Of a stretch of 64,000 nucleotides of DNA, positions 60,192 to 64,000 are shown one piece after another. This DNA is from a virus (taxonomy: Duplodnaviria; Caudoviricetes). The notes under the pieces are model-generated. The model was not told where the DNA came from, searched no databases, and saw only the letters and a list, made by a program, of their open reading frames with translations. How positions within the stretch are numbered: the stretch's first letter is position 1; each line of letters opens with the position of its first letter. A program made the translations under genes and the position numbers. Location of the stretch: the IMG/VR virus record IMGVR_UViG_3300035520_001860, positions 69,587 through 133,586 of that record; one strand, written 5' to 3'.

Positions 60192-60344
60192 ATGGTCGAA
60201 TGTGATTTTAGCAGCGGCGACATTAGTAGTCATGATGAACATTGTGATGAACATGAACCAAAAAGTGAAGAACACTTTATTAGTATGATAGCATTTTTAG
60301 TTGCTAGACATATAAGGTCCTACTCCAACTGCACTCTTTTTTAG
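60192..60344 (+). CDS. Second small D/E/H/F-rich ORF
   Basis: GAAAGGA RBS; MVECDFSSGDISSHDEHCDEHEPKSEEHFISMIAFLVARHIRSYSNCTLF. Confidence 0.6.
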   Translation: MVECDFSSGDISSHDEHCDEHEPKSEEHFISMIAFLVARHIRSYSNCTLF

Positions 60345-60388
60345 GATAAAACATCAAAAAATTTTTCAAAGAAATTTTGAAAAAAGTG

Positions 60389-60417
60389 TTGACAAAGAGA
60401 AGTTTATGATATATAAT
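60389..60417 (+). promoter_or_regulatory. sigmaA promoter of the large tRNA cluster
   Basis: TTGACA-17-TATAAT. Confidence 0.85.
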
Positions 60418-60500
60418 GTATTTAGAAAGTTAAGGAAAGAGGTAAAAACAATGAAGAAACGATTTAGTAATAGTAAAGATACAGAAAGTAACTTTACTAA

Positions 60501-60574
60501 GCCTCGTTAGCTCAGTTGGTGAGAGCATTCGGTTGAAGCCCGAAAGGTCGCAGAGTCGAGGTCTGCACGAGGCA
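60501..60574 (+). tRNA. tRNA-Phe(GAA)
   Basis: gcctcgt/acgaggc; ttcgg-ttGAAgc-ccgaa; atypical T loop gtcgagg. Confidence 0.85.
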
Positions 60575-60589
60575 CTCAATTAAAATCAA

Positions 60590-60661
60590 GCCCCATGAGT
60601 CGGAAGGAAAGATGTTCGCCTGTCACGCGAAAGATAACGAGGTCAGTACTCGTATGGGGCG
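60590..60661 (+). tRNA. tRNA-Asp(GTC), atypical
   Basis: gccccat/atggggc; ttcgc-ctGTCac-gcgaa; G73; T loop gtcagta. Confidence 0.75.
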
Positions 60662-60692
60662 CTGTCTAAGAAAATAGGAAAGGAGCAAAAAT

Positions 60693-61046
60693 ATGAGAGA
60701 TGTAGATCACATCAATTATACTATTGCACACAGAAAAGTATTCAGAAAAGTTGAAAAACAGCTTCTTGGACACAATACAGTAAGAAGTCTATTTCATGAC
60801 TTGGACAAAGTAATAATGTACAACTTCATAGATTCAAAGAAAGTTCATAACTTTCATAGAAATCATGCAAGACATCATGCAGTAAAAGCAAGGACACATG
60901 CAGATTTTGTTCAAATGGTAATTGATTGGGAATGTGCAAGATATACGAAACCAGACAAACCATTAAATGCACGTGATACATTATATAAGTTTTATCCAGA
61001 ATTAGAAGATAAGATACTTCCAATTCTAAGTGAACTAGGACTTTAA
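60693..61046 (+). CDS. His-rich HD-like hypothetical protein within the tRNA cluster
   Basis: AAGGAG RBS; HDLDK...HRNHARHH...MVIDWECA. Confidence 0.65.
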   Translation: MRDVDHINYTIAHRKVFRKVEKQLLGHNTVRSLFHDLDKVIMYNFIDSKKVHNFHRNHARHHAVKARTHADFVQMVIDWECARYTKPDKPLNARDTLYKFYPELEDKILPILSELGL

Positions 61047-61119
61047 AACAACAGATTCAAAACATATTTAACTGAATAAACAAAAAGAGGTTTATTAACT
61101 GAATAGTAAAAGATACTAT

Positions 61120-61194
61120 GGGATTGGTGGTGTAGCTGGTTAACACATCGTACTGTGGATACGAAGAGCGTGGGTTCAAATCCCACCTGACCCC
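61120..61194 (+). tRNA. tRNA-His(GTG)
   Basis: Encoded G-1 with C73; tcgta-ctGTGga-tacga. Confidence 0.85.
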
Positions 61195-61203
61195 CTTAAA
61201 TAT

Positions 61204-61277
61204 GGCTCATTGGGAGAGTTGGTTAATCCGCCTGACTGTCTATCAGGAGAGCGTCAGTTCGAACCTGACATGAGTCG
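61204..61277 (+). tRNA. tRNA-Asp(GTC)
   Basis: ggctcat/atgagtc; cctga-ctGTCta-tcagg; G73. Confidence 0.88.
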
Positions 61278-61284
61278 CTAATAT

Positions 61285-61357
61285 CACCGATTACTCGAGT
61301 GGCTACAGAGGACGCCCTTTCAAGGCGTAAAGACGGGTTCAAGCCCCGTATCGGTGA
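61285..61357 (+). tRNA. tRNA-Glu(TTC)
   Basis: caccgat/atcggtg; acgcc-ctTTCaa-ggcgt. Confidence 0.88.
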
Positions 61358-61370
61358 CTATATAAAACAT

Positions 61371-61443
61371 GGGGCATTAGTCTAACGGCAGTGATGATTG
61401 CTTCTCAGGCAATAGATGAAGGGTTCAACTCCCTCATGCCCTA
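61371..61443 (+). tRNA. tRNA-Glu(CTC)
   Basis: ggggcat/atgccct; attgc-ttCTCag-gcaat. Confidence 0.8.
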
Positions 61444-61447
61444 CTAT

Positions 61448-61521
61448 GCAGGCTTAGCTCAGTTGGGATGAGCATCTGCCTTACAAGCAGAGTGTCAGTG
61501 GTTCAAATCCACTAGCCTGTA
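61448..61521 (+). tRNA. tRNA-Val(TAC)
   Basis: gcaggct/agcctgt; tctgc-ctTACaa-gcaga. Confidence 0.92.
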
Positions 61522-61539
61522 CTATTAAACTTAATAAAT

Positions 61540-61612
61540 GCAAGTATAGCTCAGTTGGGAGAGCACACGCCTGATACGCGTGGTGTCAGCAGTTCAAATC
61601 TGTTTACTTGCA
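61540..61612 (+). tRNA. tRNA-Ile(GAT)
   Basis: gcaagta/tacttgc; cacgc-ctGATac-gcgtg. Confidence 0.88.
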
Positions 61613-61614
61613 CT

Positions 61615-61665
61615 AATAATTAGCAAGCCAATGACACATAAAGTTGTTGGCTTGTTAATTATTTA
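61615..61665 (+). terminator. Terminator-like hairpin closing the tRNA cluster
   Basis: taattagcaagccaatgac/gttgttggcttgttaatta. Confidence 0.6.
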
Positions 61666-61710
61666 ATAAGGCATAGAGTAAATATTATTTCAAAAAATCG
61701 TGAAATATTA

Positions 61711-61739
61711 TTGATTTTATAAAGAAATAGTGTTATAAT
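61711..61739 (+). promoter_or_regulatory. sigmaA-like promoter
   Basis: TTGATT-17-TATAAT with extended TG. Confidence 0.6.
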
Positions 61740-61863
61740 ATTAATAAGGGATTTAGGCAAGAACAACTGTACAAAAGTAACACTTCTAATTATACAGTAT
61801 AATAAAAAGCAAACTACATTCAGTTGCAATTACATGAGTCACTGGGGAAAGATAAAAAGACCT

Positions 61864-61937
61864 GCTGGCTTAGCTCAGTTGGGAGAGCACATACTCATTA
61901 GGAGAAGAAGTCAAGAGTTCGAACCTCTTAGCCAGTA
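61864..61937 (+). ncRNA. tRNA-like element / pseudo-tRNA with unpaired anticodon stem
   Basis: gctggct/agccagt acceptor, canonical D and T arms; central catactcattaggagaag does not form a 5-bp stem. Confidence 0.6.
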
Positions 61938-61964
61938 CTTACTATTTAGGGAGGAAGTGACATC

Positions 61965-62168
61965 ATGTATTGCAAATGGGTGGTTTATTTTGATAGTTAT
62001 TACTATTTTACAGATTGTGGACATCAGATTGGAAGAGATGCAGTAATTAATAGTGACACATGTATCTGTGGAAGAAAGATCAAAAAGTACATAAGAAATA
62101 AAAACGGAAGTACAACTGAAATTAAGAGTAGACAGATTCAAATTCAGCCTAGACATGTGTTAGTATAA
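61965..62168 (+). CDS. Small Cys-containing hypothetical protein
   Basis: GGGAGG RBS; TDCG...CICG. Confidence 0.6.
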   Translation: MYCKWVVYFDSYYYFTDCGHQIGRDAVINSDTCICGRKIKKYIRNKNGSTTEIKSRQIQIQPRHVLV

Positions 62169-62190
62169 ATAATATACATGAGGTGCTAAG

Positions 62191-62529
62191 ATGGGAAGCA
62201 ATGATAATAAGAGTTATGCAAAAGTTAGACTAGAATTAGCAAAGATATATAAGCCAAGTCAGTATAATTCTTTGTATAATAACCTATTAAGAATAGCATA
62301 TACTACGGAAGATGAAAGACTTGTTAGTCTTATAAATAATTATTGCGGTCTTATTAGTAATGTACCATCATTAGTAATTAAGAAAATGCCACAGTCTATA
62401 AGTAATACAATAGCTGGAGCACAAAATGCAAAGATGGAACTTGACACATACTGTATGGAGGCAATATTAGCAAATAAACCTGAATGGCAAATTATAGCAG
62501 AGAATAAAGGGTGGAAACCACCAGTATGA
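62191..62529 (+). CDS. Hypothetical protein
   Basis: GAGG RBS; followed by a terminator hairpin (62554-62590). Confidence 0.65.
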   Translation: MGSNDNKSYAKVRLELAKIYKPSQYNSLYNNLLRIAYTTEDERLVSLINNYCGLISNVPSLVIKKMPQSISNTIAGAQNAKMELDTYCMEAILANKPEWQIIAENKGWKPPV

Positions 62530-62616
62530 TAGGTAACTAAACTTTGAAGTAATAATTTGACCATTGGGTAACAGTGGTCAAATTTTTTATTTAGCACATA
62601 TTAAGGGAGAGTAATC

Positions 62617-63429
62617 ATGGGAACATATGTAGTGGGAGATACACATGGATGCTATGACGAATTTTTAGAACTCATTGAGATAATACAGAAAGACGATATA
62701 AATGCAAAGTTTATTCTATTAGGAGATATAGTAGACAGAGGACCAAAAACAGTAGCACTTATTAACTGGGCTATGGAAAACATATCATCAGATGGTAAAT
62801 ATCAGATGGTTATGGGTAATCACGAAGAAGAAAAGATACAGTGGTGGGATCAAAATATAGGATACCTTGAGTATAGTAAGAGACGAGGATATATAGAAGA
62901 TTTTACATTAGATGATGCAGCTTATAAAGTAAGCAATGATAGATATGACTTTCAATTGCAATTTAAGGAACTTGGACTTGGTGGAAAAGAAATTAAAAAT
63001 GCAGTAGACTTCTTTAGAACATTACCATACTATAAGGATATAGTAGTAAACAATCAGAGATTTATAATAGCACATGCAGGGATGCCATATAGCGCAGTGG
63101 ATGAAGAAACAAACACAATTAAGCCCAATTTAACTGCTAGGGATAAAGAATTTATCGTATGGGATAGAGATATAGATGGCTTTAATGCAGTAGAAAATGC
63201 AATACTTGTTCATGGGCATACACCTACAATATTCAATGAAGCATACATAAATTATTTATCATACAGAGAGTATTTCAAAAACAACAAGTTAGCCAGAATA
63301 ATTAAAACAGAAAATAGATATAATGTAGACTGTGGATTAACATATAAACAGTATAATGAATATAAAGACAGAGCAAATTTAGCAGCATTAAGGTTGGATG
63401 ACTTGAAGGAATTTTATCTATACAACTAA
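62617..63429 (+). CDS. PPP-family Ser/Thr protein phosphatase (metallophosphoesterase)
   Basis: GDTHG, GDIVDRGP, GNHE, HAG, VHGHTP, VDCG. Confidence 0.9.
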   Translation: MGTYVVGDTHGCYDEFLELIEIIQKDDINAKFILLGDIVDRGPKTVALINWAMENISSDGKYQMVMGNHEEEKIQWWDQNIGYLEYSKRRGYIEDFTLDDAAYKVSNDRYDFQLQFKELGLGGKEIKNAVDFFRTLPYYKDIVVNNQRFIIAHAGMPYSAVDEETNTIKPNLTARDKEFIVWDRDIDGFNAVENAILVHGHTPTIFNEAYINYLSYREYFKNNKLARIIKTENRYNVDCGLTYKQYNEYKDRANLAALRLDDLKEFYLYN

Positions 63430-63490
63430 CAGTACATCAAAGTAATTTAAGGTGTTTTTAAGTTAGTTATTTTGGGAGGTAATTTAAACA

Positions 63491-64000
63491 ATGCAACATG
63501 GAAAAAGTCAGTATAATTTTACTGTAAACAATCCAAACTTGGCTGTTCAGGAAATCAATAAGTACTTAGCAGCTAATAAATATCATCAGGAGGTAGCTCC
63601 TAATGGAACAGTCTACTATAATTGTGGTAACTTGATGGTAGGCAATAATGGTTTAGAATATTATGTAAATGGCAATAACATTACATTATATGCTTGGGTT
63701 GGAAAGTATGATAATCCTATAGTACTTGATAATAGTTTTGTAGGTTCAGCAGCCAAACAGCCAGTATTACATATGTTAAACCCATTACTTAATGCACTTA
63801 ATAACATGCAATACCAAAACAACATAAATATGCAAAACAACATGAATATGCAAAACAACATGAATGGTCAGTACCAAAACAACATGAATATGCAAAACAA
63901 CATGAATGGTCAGTACCAAAACAACATGAATATGCAAAACAACATGAATGGTCAGTACCAAAACAACATGAATATGCAAAACAACATGAATGGTCAGTAC
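63491..64000 (+). CDS. Hypothetical protein with Q/N/M-rich repeat, 3'-truncated by the window edge
   Basis: GGGAGGT RBS, ATG 63491, frame open to the end (MQHGKSQYNF...QNNMNMQNNMNGQY repeats). Confidence 0.75.
   Translation, partial: MQHGKSQYNFTVNNPNLAVQEINKYLAANKYHQEVAPNGTVYYNCGNLMVGNNGLEYYVNGNNITLYAWVGKYDNPIVLDNSFVGSAAKQPVLHMLNPLLNALNNMQYQNNINMQNNMNMQNNMNGQYQNNMNMQNNMNGQYQNNMNMQNNMNGQYQNNMNMQNNMNGQY
63833..64000 (+). repeat. Coding tandem repeat, four perfect 42-bp copies (may continue beyond the window)
   Basis: caaaacaacatgaatatgcaaaacaacatgaatggtcagtac at 63833, 63875, 63917 and 63959. Confidence 0.95.

Noticed and set aside
56650-60500. T-box riboswitch as the explanation for the leaders
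   Set aside because: No UGGNACC T-box bulge or GC-rich stem I seen; the translated ORFs fit better.
60451-60510. 19-codon ORF MKKRFSN... with RBS overlapping the tRNA-Phe 5' end
   Set aside because: No cognate-codon enrichment and no counterpart in the other cassette; insufficient support.
61834-62046. ORF 61834..62046
   Set aside because: Runs through the tRNA-like element and overlaps a better ORF with a strong RBS.
314-63979. All minus-strand ORFs in the track
   Set aside because: Short, antisense to longer + strand genes or RNA regions, with no RBS or recognisable motifs; shadow ORFs.
63833-64000. Possible CRISPR array
   Set aside because: Contiguous identical units without unique spacers, in frame within a CDS.
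1-64000. Stop-codon reassignment (alternative genetic code)
   Set aside because: Conserved genes are full length in code 11, TAG and TGA end genes at expected positions, and no suppressor tRNA was found.

Overview
AT-rich (~30% GC) segment in which essentially every real gene lies on the + strand, with sigmaA-type promoters and GGAGG/GAAAGG ribosome-binding sites. It carries replication genes (type IIA topoisomerase A subunit, DnaB-like helicase, RuvC-like resolvase, split degenerate LigA, ParB-HNH, ThyX, DEDDh exonuclease), three free-standing homing-endonuclease-like genes, translation accessories (IF-3, SmpB, tmRNA, S1-like protein, 13 tRNAs, 3 tRNA-like elements), a Clp ATPase, a MoxR/VWA pair, three HipA-family kinases, Sir2, a PPP phosphatase, a GGDEF cyclase and many orphan genes. 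This looks like a jumbo phage or giant extrachromosomal element of a low-GC Firmicute (inference; no virion genes recognised in the window). The most striking observation is two homologous cassettes, each built as small ORF, covarying terminator-like hairpin, second small ORF, promoter, tRNA cluster. In each, the small ORFs are packed with the amino acids decoded by the downstream tRNAs: YSYSYYYWY before Tyr/Tyr/Trp, and FEFDIEHFEVHDEVI before Phe/Asp/His/Asp/Glu/Glu/Val/Ile. This suggests ribosome-mediated attenuators that sense depletion of specific tRNAs and switch on replacement tRNA genes. All protein family calls are from motif recognition by eye, not database searches.
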